IMG/VR virus record: IMGVR_UViG_3300006224_000007
Span: 1 to 64,000 of that record
Direction: 5' to 3' (one strand)
DNA length: 64,000 bases
From: a virus
The position numbers were made by a program, and so were the translations under genes. Under the pieces are notes generated by a model. The model was not told where the DNA came from. It was given only the letters and a program-made list of their open reading frames with translations, and did not search any database. Numbering within the stretch: the first letter of the stretch is position 1; each line of letters opens with the position of its first letter. This document shows, piece by piece, positions 1-8,684 of the stretch.

Positions 1-49
1 TGTATATATATGCATTGTAATGTATAATCTTTTCAAAGGAGAAAAGATA

Positions 50-283
50 ATGGCTGAATTTGTTACTTTCAATCTTGCTGTACAGGGTGAGCCTGTTCGT
101 CCGTGCGAAGTTCCTGCTGGAACAACTGTAGGTGATATGAAGATTATCAAAGGTCTTGACCTTGATTTGGAATTTCGTCTTCATAGTGAACCTATTGATG
201 ACGATTTTGAACTTGATGACTACAGCATTGGCTGTGGTGATTATCTGATTGGCACTAAAGATGCCAAAGGTGCTGCTGTTTAG
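50..283 (+). CDS. Ubiquitin-like (beta-grasp) protein, 77 aa, C-terminus KG-AAV
   Basis: SD AAAGGAG before ATG at 50 (track start at 20 lies upstream of the SD). Ubl pattern: PAGTTVGDM helix entry, LDDYSIGCGDYL resembling ubiquitin L.DY.I, terminal Gly followed by 3 residues. First gene of an E2/JAB/E1 cluster. Confidence 0.8.
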   Translation: MAEFVTFNLAVQGEPVRPCEVPAGTTVGDMKIIKGLDLDLEFRLHSEPIDDDFELDDYSIGCGDYLIGTKDAKGAAV

Positions 284-293
284 CATCTAAACT

Positions 294-342
294 GAGGGAG
301 AGATGAGGATTTATTTCCTTGTCTCTCCCTCTTTTCTTGTTT
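294..342 (+). terminator. Intrinsic terminator-like hairpin between ubl and the E2-like gene
   Basis: 16-bp stem GAGGGAGAGATGAGGA/TCCTTGTCTCTCCCTC (two G-U pairs) followed by TTTTCTTGTTT. Confidence 0.75.
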
Positions 343-357
343 CTAAGGAGAAAAAAG

Positions 358-2226
358 ATGCAAATATTCTTACCAACCTCTGAAAGAGAAGATTTTCAGT
401 ACTTTCTTCAAGAGAAAACAGAAGTTACTCATTATGTAGCTTTTTACAGAACAAATAATGGAGTCTATTCTCAACTTGCCTGGGATGATGTAACTTTAAC
501 TTATGATAAAGTAAAAGAGTTTTGGGCTGAATATGACACAAGGAATAGAGCTATCTATTCGCTGGAAGATGGATTTGTAATATCTGCTGCTGAAGATGAA
601 AAATTTACACATTTTTTCTATGGTAATCTCACTGGCTCTGGTTTGTCAAGAAAAGAATCAGATTTTACTGTGGATGCTGCTGTTTGTGCGTCTAAACTTG
701 AAATAGATTTTCCACTGGCAGTAGAGTTTAATCCATCTAATTATTACATGATTAGAAATGTTCCTACCATAATTCTTCTTGGTAGAGAAGTATGGAGAAA
801 TCAAGGACAATATGCTCTTGTAAATAGTCCACAAGGCGTGGCGTTTAGAAATTTGGCGAACCTTATATTTATGCCAAACTCTATGGTTACTATGGAGAGT
901 CTCTATTTCATTCAGGAAAATCGAGCTAACTGCATAGTATTACCGTTTTGTGTTATTAGAAAAAATGAATTAGGCTTTGGTAACACTATCTTACTAAACT
1001 CAGTAATGTTTAGTGAAGATACAATGAGTGGAATAAAATCTATCTTTGAATTGCTGAAAGAGGATTTCTTCTGGAAGAAACTTCTTATTCCTCTTGCCTT
1101 TACTGACTTTGAAACTTTAAAAACTGAGCTTGAAAACCAGGAAATTCCACTGGCCTTGCAAGCCAAGGCATTTATTCTTCAATCAAAAAATGGTCTACTG
1201 CTTGACATAAAGACTTTGAATGAAGCAAATGCAATTATTTCTGAAGAAATAAGCGAGCTTATCACAGAAATAACAGATAAAAAACTAACAATAGACCGGG
1301 GAGAGCAGCAGATAGCTGAGAAACAAAAGGAGTTTGAGAGTGCATTAAGTTCTACTAAGCTTGAAGACGAATTTAAGAAAGTAGAAACTCTTCCCTATGT
1401 TACAAAGTTGACTTTTACTTCTGAGGGAATGGCAGTTTATACAGAACCTATTCAAATTGATAATGGACCTTTTCTTGGTGGATATAAGATTGTTTACAAT
1501 CCAGCCACAAGGAAATTGGCAATTTTCAATGAAGTTAATCCAGTAACTAAGGATGGCCTATTAGCGCATCCTCATGTACCGCAGGGTGGTCTACCTTGTT
1601 TTGGTAATTATAGTGATATCTTTTTCAGGTTTGGTACAGGAGAATTTTATGTAGCCATAGAAGAATTGTATAGATTCTTAGGTGCATATAATCCAGAAGA
1701 TACCTGGGGAAGACGTATGTTATATTGGGATGATGAATTTTACTACAAGGATATGAAAGAGCGAGAGCTTCTCCATCTATTAGGAGATGCTCATGATAGA
1801 AGATATCATGAAATAACAGGTGAACATTTGCCTTGCATAACAATTTGTTCTGAATGTGGTGAACCTGCGCGTACTTGTGCTTGTAATATTTGTGAAGTAT
1901 GCCAAAGACCGGAAGATGAATGTGAATGTTGGATTTGCACAAGATGTGGTGGAAATATAGATAATGGGGATTGTTATTGTGATAGATGTGACCAATGCCA
2001 TGAACTAGATGAAAACTGTGAATGTGATAGGTGCGAAGATTGTGAGGGTCTTCTAGACTATAACCATTACGGTTTGAATGGAGCTTGTGAATGTCCTAGA
2101 TGCCCTGATAATTATGACCATAGAATTGATGAAGATGAAGATGAAACTTGTATGGAATGTCGTGAATGGGAATGTCAATATAATCAGAATAATGAGCCTC
2201 ATCAAGAAGAAAGGTTGTTTGAATAA
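358..2226 (+). CDS. Multidomain E2/UBC-like protein: unknown N-terminal domain, coiled coil, E2-like domain, Cys-rich C-terminal repeats
   Basis: HPHVPQGGLPCFGN matches the E2 HPN/HPH..G..C motif (Cys codon 1597-1599). SD AAGGAG precedes ATG 358. CxxC..CxC repeats near the C-terminus. Confidence 0.75.
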   Translation: MQIFLPTSEREDFQYFLQEKTEVTHYVAFYRTNNGVYSQLAWDDVTLTYDKVKEFWAEYDTRNRAIYSLEDGFVISAAEDEKFTHFFYGNLTGSGLSRKESDFTVDAAVCASKLEIDFPLAVEFNPSNYYMIRNVPTIILLGREVWRNQGQYALVNSPQGVAFRNLANLIFMPNSMVTMESLYFIQENRANCIVLPFCVIRKNELGFGNTILLNSVMFSEDTMSGIKSIFELLKEDFFWKKLLIPLAFTDFETLKTELENQEIPLALQAKAFILQSKNGLLLDIKTLNEANAIISEEISELITEITDKKLTIDRGEQQIAEKQKEFESALSSTKLEDEFKKVETLPYVTKLTFTSEGMAVYTEPIQIDNGPFLGGYKIVYNPATRKLAIFNEVNPVTKDGLLAHPHVPQGGLPCFGNYSDIFFRFGTGEFYVAIEELYRFLGAYNPEDTWGRRMLYWDDEFYYKDMKERELLHLLGDAHDRRYHEITGEHLPCITICSECGEPARTCACNICEVCQRPEDECECWICTRCGGNIDNGDCYCDRCDQCHELDENCECDRCEDCEGLLDYNHYGLNGACECPRCPDNYDHRIDEDEDETCMECREWECQYNQNNEPHQEERLFE

Positions 2227-3029
2227 TGGAAACTCCTAAAACAACTTTGTGGATTCCTCCAGAACTTTATGCAGAATTAATGTATTATGCTCATAATGTA
2301 AACACAGAAATCGGTGGTTATGGTTTAATTGAGATTGATAAGGAACACAATGACCTGTTAGTTGGAGAAGTGTTTCTCACTGAACAAGAAGTTCATGGTT
2401 CAAAATGTGACCTTTCTGCTGCTGGTCTAGCAATTTATATGGAAGATTTAATTGCTAGGGGAGAACAAGATAAAATTGAACAGATTACTTTGTGGTGGCA
2501 CTCTCATGTAAATATGTCACCATCACATTCTGGTCAAGATGAAGATACAATGCTTGAATGGCCTAGCAATTATGTGGTATCCCTGGTAATAAATCGCAAG
2601 GGAGATATGAAAGCTCGTCTAATGTCTAAAACTCCAGTAATAGTTGCAGGAGATATAGATGTAGCAGTTGACTGGCTTGATAATGAAAGTGCTGAAGTAT
2701 TAAATCAAACTATAGAAGATAAGGTAAAGGAATATACTCCCCCAAAGCCCGAGATAGTTGTTCAGGGTCAATTGCAACCAACTCCAAGAGGAAATGGTGG
2801 ATACAGCCCGTATGGATGGCCTCAAAATTATTGGGGCGGTTATCAAAGCTGTATGGATAAAAAGCCAGAGAAAAAGGCTCATGAACTAACTGATTCTGAA
2901 TGGAAAAATGAGCAAGAACGGCTTGATGCCGAAATAAATGCCTGGGAAAACAATGATATTGAAGGAATCATCAAGTATGGTGGTCTAGATGAAGCTGAAG
3001 CTAAGGCAATAAGAGAAATGTGGGATTAG
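2226..3029 (+). CDS. JAB/MPN+ metallopeptidase (deubiquitinase-like)
   Basis: N-terminal EIGG glutamate plus WWHSHVNMSPSHSGQD = HxH-x7-S-x2-D; TAATG coupling to the upstream gene. Confidence 0.9.
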   Translation: METPKTTLWIPPELYAELMYYAHNVNTEIGGYGLIEIDKEHNDLLVGEVFLTEQEVHGSKCDLSAAGLAIYMEDLIARGEQDKIEQITLWWHSHVNMSPSHSGQDEDTMLEWPSNYVVSLVINRKGDMKARLMSKTPVIVAGDIDVAVDWLDNESAEVLNQTIEDKVKEYTPPKPEIVVQGQLQPTPRGNGGYSPYGWPQNYWGGYQSCMDKKPEKKAHELTDSEWKNEQERLDAEINAWENNDIEGIIKYGGLDEAEAKAIREMWD

Positions 3030-3688
3030 TTATGACTGAAGCTTACACTAGAAGTATAGGAATTTTCAACCCCGATAATTCCCGACCAGTAGCTATTCTT
3101 GGTTGTGGTTCTGTTGGTTCTTTCGTAGCCTTGACATTAGCCAAAATGGGAGTACAATCTCTACATCTTTGGGATGGTGACACGGTTGGAGAAGAAAACA
3201 TTGGTTGCCAGAATTTTGGTTGGGAACACTTGGGTATGCCAAAGGTTGAAGCAGTAAAAGAAGTCATAATGGCTAATTCTCCAGTTAAGAGTGAGAATAT
3301 CCATTGTCACAATGAGTTTATCGGACCAGACACTAGGTTGCCAAAGATTATCACTGTTGTAGCAGTTGATAGCATGACAATACGACATTTGATTTGGGAT
3401 AAGCTCAAGAACAAAGTACCATTGATAGTCGATGGGCGCGTAGGTGGGCAGATAGTAAGAGTATTTAATGTACTTCCGACAGAAGAATTCTCAATATACT
3501 ATGAGAAATATCTTGTGCCAGAAGAAAAGGCATTAGAGCTTCCATGTACCGAAAGAAATGTCGCCTATGTTGCCAATATAGTACAAGCTATAATAGGGAG
3601 AGCCATACGAAATTTTATTGTAAATGGAAGAGTGGAGAAAGAAATCGGTATTGATGTTGCTACATTTATTAACTATGTAAAGGAATAA
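3020..3688 (+). CDS. ThiF/E1-like adenylyltransferase (start may be ATG 3032)
   Basis: GCGSVG nucleotide-binding loop, DGDTVGEEN..Q, G.PKVEA, AVDS..R, DGRVGG; candidate catalytic Cys in LPCTERN. Confidence 0.9.
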   Translation: MGLVMTEAYTRSIGIFNPDNSRPVAILGCGSVGSFVALTLAKMGVQSLHLWDGDTVGEENIGCQNFGWEHLGMPKVEAVKEVIMANSPVKSENIHCHNEFIGPDTRLPKIITVVAVDSMTIRHLIWDKLKNKVPLIVDGRVGGQIVRVFNVLPTEEFSIYYEKYLVPEEKALELPCTERNVAYVANIVQAIIGRAIRNFIVNGRVEKEIGIDVATFINYVKE

Positions 3689-3936
3689 TGATGAAAGAAA
3701 ATAAAGCATTCTCTATAACCCCTGCTGAAATTCCTCCGAGAAAAGGAAAATCCAGCAAATATGTTGCTAGTGTAGAACAATTTTTAGCCTCAAATGAAAA
3801 GGCTGGAAAAATAACGCCAGAAGGCATAAAACTCAATGCGGTGTATTCTGGCTTTCATAGAGCAATAAAAAACGGATACTCTGACAAAGTAACCCTTTGT
3901 AGGGTAGATGGAGAGCTTTATATTGAAAAGCTCTAA
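3688..3936 (+). CDS. Small basic protein, probable nucleic-acid binder; paralog of 14998-15261
   Basis: Coupled to the E1 stop; Lys/Arg-rich; pattern S.Y...VE.F...G..RAI..GY...GE..I.K shared with the downstream ORF. Confidence 0.55.
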   Translation: MMKENKAFSITPAEIPPRKGKSSKYVASVEQFLASNEKAGKITPEGIKLNAVYSGFHRAIKNGYSDKVTLCRVDGELYIEKL

Positions 3937-4846
3937 TCTTCCTAGAAAGGAAAACTAACATGGCTTGGTTAGCTAAATTTGTGGAGTATCTTCTTACTAG
4001 GAAGAAATGAGTTGCCCGTGAATCTTAATATGAATTCCTTGTTCGAAGACTATAAGAAACAAACAAGTGAAATAACTTCTGTTGGAGAAGCTCTGATTCT
4101 TCTGGAAGATATATATGAAATTGACCCTGATGAAGTAGCTGATTTATATGTAATATTTCATGAGCTTATAGTTGATAAGTTAAAAAGTTCCTCCCATAGA
4201 TGCAAAAGCAAGGACAAACACATTAATGAAAAGGTTGAGTTAATGCTTGATGCATTTTTCTTTGGTATGTTTGTAGCTGATGAAACTTGTTGGAACTGGC
4301 CTGATAAAAAGTAATCTAATATGGGGGTGAGCCTACCTCCTGGTGCCGTTTTTACTAGTTTTCCGGTCAAAAAATAGGCAAATAAAACTAGTAAGACAGT
4401 TTGAATCCCGTGTCTTAGTATGTGGAGAAACAGTTTTTGAACCTGATTTTGCTTGTTACCCACAAGCTAAACCTTCTGCATCTAAATCAGGAAAGAAACT
4501 GCAACTGTTTGACGCTAGGACATATTATCTAAGAATGGAGAAGAGATATGTATCATATCAAGTATGAAACTAATGGGATAGAACGTGACTATGCTGATAG
4601 CTATCCAGATAAACGAAATGCTGTAGATGAAGCAGTTAGAATCTCCTTAGTTCTAAGTGAGTTACTGCCTTTCACTATAACTGTATATAAGGAAATCCCT
4701 TATTGTACTCCTGTGCAAGTATTCAGGATAGTCAACTATGATGAGTTTAACTAATAAGTGCAACACTTTCACGAACACTCTATATTATAATACTAATAAG
4801 GGTTATAGAGAGTTAATAATACTATATTGTATACAGGAGACTTCAC

Positions 4847-5251
4847 ATGGGGAAAGTAAGGGAAGAGGAATTTATCCCTTTCAATATTGGTCCAATTGAT
4901 AAAGTGCCGAAATCTAAGCAGGGTTTCAATGACAAAAAGGTGGAAGATTGGAACTGGCTGGACTTCTGGAATTATTTCGAATCTAAACACAAAGAAGTTC
5001 TTGGCAAAGAACACTGGTATAATTTCCAGCAGAGAAACGCTAAAAAAGGAATTATCGAACAGTCTTATGGCTATTGGGGAAAAGACGTTTTCAAGGCCAT
5101 GATAGACTGGCTGTATGAGAACTATCGACAGTATCCTCAGTGGAACGACATTCATATTGGCCTTGTTTGTGGAGCGCACGGATGGGCTAAGTTAATTGGT
5201 CAGCAAGCCAAGAAACAAATCGAGCTTGACAATCATTGGAAAGGCGAGTAA
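4847..5251 (+). CDS. Hypothetical protein at the start of the replication module
   Basis: SD CAGGAG, 134-aa ORF after an AT-rich intergenic gap. Confidence 0.6.
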   Translation: MGKVREEEFIPFNIGPIDKVPKSKQGFNDKKVEDWNWLDFWNYFESKHKEVLGKEHWYNFQQRNAKKGIIEQSYGYWGKDVFKAMIDWLYENYRQYPQWNDIHIGLVCGAHGWAKLIGQQAKKQIELDNHWKGE

Positions 5252-5465
5252 GCTATGAAAATCGGGGAGTATGAATTTCCTGATAATTGCCCTGAGAATT
5301 GTCCAGACAGGCAGTATATGGAACGGTTCGATATGAGCAGTATGTGTTTTAGATGCCCAGTATTAAATTGTGGTGGTCCAGAAGAAACTAGAATGATGAG
5401 GCCAGAATCTTACGATTTGGAAATGGCGAAGAATTGGCATGAATGGTTTAAGGAGAATGGAGTAA

Positions 5466-6017
5466 TTGACTAAAAAAGAACTTTATCATTTATGTTTAGC
5501 CAATGGTGTTCCTCCGCTTATTTATAAGTGGTCCTTTACTGAGTGGGATAATGAATGTATCAAGAAAAAGATTGGGCCAGCTATCTATGATATTGATGAT
5601 TGGATTCAAGCTAGAAACATTCTTTACATTCAGCTTAAAGATACCGCTATTGGTAGTAGGATAGGAGCAACCTTTCTTAAAGCGGCCTTTCTTGCTGGGT
5701 TTATGGGTAGTAGATATACCAATCCTGAAAATATCTCTGGTTATCAAAGAGAAGATTGGTATGAGGAAGGCGATGTTTACACTAATTTAACTAAAGCCGA
5801 TTTTCTAGTTGTAGACAAGGTAACAAACAAACTTGAGCCTTGGCAAGTTAAGATTTGGGATAAGTTTGTAGGAGAAAGACTTCTCAATGATAGAAGTACA
5901 GTATTTGTAGGTCTTGTTAATCATAAAGAAGCCTTTGATAAACGAGCTATAGACCTTCTTAAAGATACTAAGGCTAAAGTTTTAACTGATAATGGAATTT
6001 TAAATGTTGGGGAATGA
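5466..6017 (+). CDS. DnaC/IstB-like helicase loader, degenerate P-loop
   Basis: Walker B-like DFLVVD, ..ER....STVF segment, location upstream of DnaB; no GKT. Confidence 0.5.
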   Translation: MTKKELYHLCLANGVPPLIYKWSFTEWDNECIKKKIGPAIYDIDDWIQARNILYIQLKDTAIGSRIGATFLKAAFLAGFMGSRYTNPENISGYQREDWYEEGDVYTNLTKADFLVVDKVTNKLEPWQVKIWDKFVGERLLNDRSTVFVGLVNHKEAFDKRAIDLLKDTKAKVLTDNGILNVGE

Positions 6018-6414
6018 TTTGTCAAATAAAATGGCTCCAGTATTAGCTTTCAATTTTGAGCGTGTTGTTTGCCAAAGATTTGAAAAGAGATTGTTCAAAT
6101 ATAACTATGAAATAGACAAACAACACGTTCATTCTATAAATCAGCTTTTCTATAAAGATTTTAGTATCTTCTATGTGACCTTTAAATATCCTGGTGGAAA
6201 GTTAGATAGGCTTGAAGATGAATTAGATGATTTGGGCTGTATGTTTAATGGAACAATGAGAGTTAACGATATAGATTCCTTGCTCTTTTGGTTTAGACAG
6301 CAAAGTGCAGGATGGTACTATGATACTGATAAAAATGTAGTACAAGCATTGTATCCTTTCGGCCAATTATGGCAAGAACACATGGTACAAATCTGGAATA
6401 AGGAAATAAAATGA
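6004..6414 (+). CDS. Hypothetical replication-module protein (possible degenerate HAD-like fold)
   Basis: NDLSN..PVLAFNFE N-terminus; sits between loader and helicase. Confidence 0.4.
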   Translation: MLGNDLSNKMAPVLAFNFERVVCQRFEKRLFKYNYEIDKQHVHSINQLFYKDFSIFYVTFKYPGGKLDRLEDELDDLGCMFNGTMRVNDIDSLLFWFRQQSAGWYYDTDKNVVQALYPFGQLWQEHMVQIWNKEIK

Positions 6415-6601
6415 AAGACTCCCTTAGAGGGAAATTGTTAGTAGCATCAAGTATTAGTCTAGGACTTGGTGTTGCGAATGTGCTTACAGCAATACTACTT
6501 TTTAATATGGAGAGTATTTATTTTGGATGGTTAGGAATAGCTAATCTATTTATAGGTACTCTAATTTGGTGGGTAATATATCAAGATGATAAGGAGTAGA
6601 A

Positions 6602-6811
6602 GTGAGAGAGATTTTTGATACAGGAGATAAAGTAAAAGTTCATCCCAATACTCCAGAGGATTGCAAGGAGTGTAAATACCCATGTGAAGGAAAAATTGGG
6701 GAAGTTACATATGTGTATAGTGATGGATATAGCTATGGGGTGAGATTTGGTGATAGGATTGAAGAGGATTGTGATTTTTCTATAGAAGAACTGGAGTTGA
6801 TTAGTGAATGA
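6602..6811 (+). CDS. Small KOW/SH3-like protein
   Basis: F..GDKVKV...G..G.V...V.F...F..EELEL pattern. Confidence 0.55.
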   Translation: MREIFDTGDKVKVHPNTPEDCKECKYPCEGKIGEVTYVYSDGYSYGVRFGDRIEEDCDFSIEELELISE

Positions 6812-8088
6812 ACATTGAAGTCGGGTTAATTTCTAAAATTGAAAACAAGGAAAACTATCTTCATGTTCTTAATGAGCGAATAAAAAAGGACTTTTTTGAA
6901 GAACATGATGAGGTATTTGAGGCAATTTCGAGTCATTATAGCAAGTATGGTGCTGTGCCTGAGCGAGAAACTTTGCAAAAAGCCTTTCCTAACTTTCAAT
7001 TTTATGAGGGAGAAGAGCCACTTCAATTCTTCATTGACAAGATAAAAGAGCAGTATAAGAAGAAGTTATTCAATACGACTCTTCCAAAAGTAGCTGAGTT
7101 ATTACCAACAGATATTAATGAAGCTGAAAAGTTGTTGCAGAATCTTCTCTCTACTTCTAAGGGTGCGATAAGAACAGGAACTACAATTGATTCACGCGCC
7201 AGTACTGACACAAGAATTGCTCTTTATGAGAATAGAGAAGCTAATCTTGGAATTGATGGTTATTCTACATCGTGGGATTACCTAGACAATTTAACTTGTG
7301 GCTATCATCCTGGAGAATTGATTGTTTGGATGGGTAGAGCTAAGATGTGTAAAACTTGGTTATTAACTTGGCAGTTCCATCATATTTGGAAAGAACACAA
7401 TGCTCCTTCCTTGCTCGTAACTAAGGAAATAAGTCCAGATGCTATTCAGTGGCGTTTTGATGCCATAGAGTGTAGATTACCTTATGAAGCATTAAGACAC
7501 GGAGAACTTTCTCCTGCTCAGAAAGATGCCTGGACTAACAGAATCAAAGATATTGAAAAAAGAACTGTACTTGGAGAATTAAATCCTTATGCAATAAAAG
7601 GGTTTGATTTAACAGATGGTTCTTCTGGAGTTTCTAGTATTATCCCTTATGTTGAGCAATATTTAGGTGATGGTGGTGTTTTATTTGTTGATGGTCTTTA
7701 TCTCATTCCAGATGATAGGGGTGAGAGTGAGTGGCGTGGAATAGTTAATGTTGCTACAGACCTAAAAATTCTAGCTCAAACATATAATATCCCAGTGATT
7801 GCTACAACTCAGCAATCAATGGAAGATAAATCTGATGTTCCAAGATTGGAGAATGCAGCATATGGAAAGTACATTGTTCAATATGCCGACGCTATTATCG
7901 GCATTGGGCGTAGTGATATTGATAGGAAAGCTAATAGAGGAATTATATATATCCTTGGTCAAAGAGAAGGAGATATAGGAAGCTTCCCAATAAATATGAG
8001 ATTTGACCCCATAGACTTTTCTCAAGCACAAGATAAAAGTGTCGATGATAAAGATTATAATGAAGATGATGAGGTTATAAATGTATGA
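6808..8088 (+). CDS. dnaB: DnaB-like (SF4) replicative helicase
   Basis: GYHPGELIVWMGRAKMCKT (variant Walker A), LFVDG Walker B, LKILAQTYNIPVIATTQ, QYADAII. Confidence 0.9.
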   Translation: MNIEVGLISKIENKENYLHVLNERIKKDFFEEHDEVFEAISSHYSKYGAVPERETLQKAFPNFQFYEGEEPLQFFIDKIKEQYKKKLFNTTLPKVAELLPTDINEAEKLLQNLLSTSKGAIRTGTTIDSRASTDTRIALYENREANLGIDGYSTSWDYLDNLTCGYHPGELIVWMGRAKMCKTWLLTWQFHHIWKEHNAPSLLVTKEISPDAIQWRFDAIECRLPYEALRHGELSPAQKDAWTNRIKDIEKRTVLGELNPYAIKGFDLTDGSSGVSSIIPYVEQYLGDGGVLFVDGLYLIPDDRGESEWRGIVNVATDLKILAQTYNIPVIATTQQSMEDKSDVPRLENAAYGKYIVQYADAIIGIGRSDIDRKANRGIIYILGQREGDIGSFPINMRFDPIDFSQAQDKSVDDKDYNEDDEVINV

Positions 8089-8172
8089 TAGATATATCAC
8101 TTATGATTGTGAGGATGAAAATTGGGTTGGGGAGTGGATAAATGTACCAGCATTTAACTTGGAGAGTGATGG

Positions 8173-8328
8173 ATGGACGATTACGAGGAACTTGAACCCT
8201 GTTCAGAGTGTATTTGTAACGAATGCTCGAAAAATGAGTACGATGAATGCCAGATTGGTTGTTTTTATTGTACCAATGCTCTTGATTTTTGCGCTCCTAA
8301 GTTCTTTTGCTCTAAAAAGGAGGATTAA
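8173..8328 (+). CDS. Cys-rich microprotein, 51 aa (not in ORF track)
   Basis: GGAGAG SD; MDDYEELEPCSECICNEC...CQIGCFYC...; 9 Cys; stop abuts the next ATG. Confidence 0.55.
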   Translation: MDDYEELEPCSECICNECSKNEYDECQIGCFYCTNALDFCAPKFFCSKKED

Positions 8329-8487
8329 ATGAACTGCGAATGGGAAAATGAGTGCATTTGCATGAAATGTGAATTTAATTCCACTATGGGTTGTGGCTGT
8401 AAAGAATGTAGTAAACTAGGTAAAGAACCATATTTTGCTGGAGATTGTCAATCGTTCATGGAAGTAGACTATGAGAAATCCATTTAA
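8329..8487 (+). CDS. Cys-rich microprotein, 52 aa (not in ORF track)
   Basis: AAGGAGG SD; MNCEWENECICMKC...CGCKEC...C; 8 Cys. Confidence 0.65.
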   Translation: MNCEWENECICMKCEFNSTMGCGCKECSKLGKEPYFAGDCQSFMEVDYEKSI

Positions 8488-8684
8488 AAAGTTTAAAGTT
8501 ATATGGGCAGGATATTTTTTCCTTATAGCATTGGTTATAAATGCTGTAATGTCTAATGTTTTAAGAATCTTTGGTGTAAATATTGTGTTTACCAACACAA
8601 CTAGGGTATTTGTTATTTTACAAATAATTGCTATTGCTACACTTGCTTGGATATTAGGATGGGTAGCTGGTAGCCGTCCAGATA

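Noticed and set aside
50-3688. ThiS/ThiF or MoaD/MoeB cofactor biosynthesis
   Set aside because: No thiG, moaE or sulfur-transfer genes; an E2-like gene is present and the E1 lacks the zinc motifs.
8081-8332. 83-aa ORF as the real gene across 8173-8328
   Set aside because: An alternative frame has its own SD and a Cys pattern matching the next gene. Disfavoured but not fully excluded.
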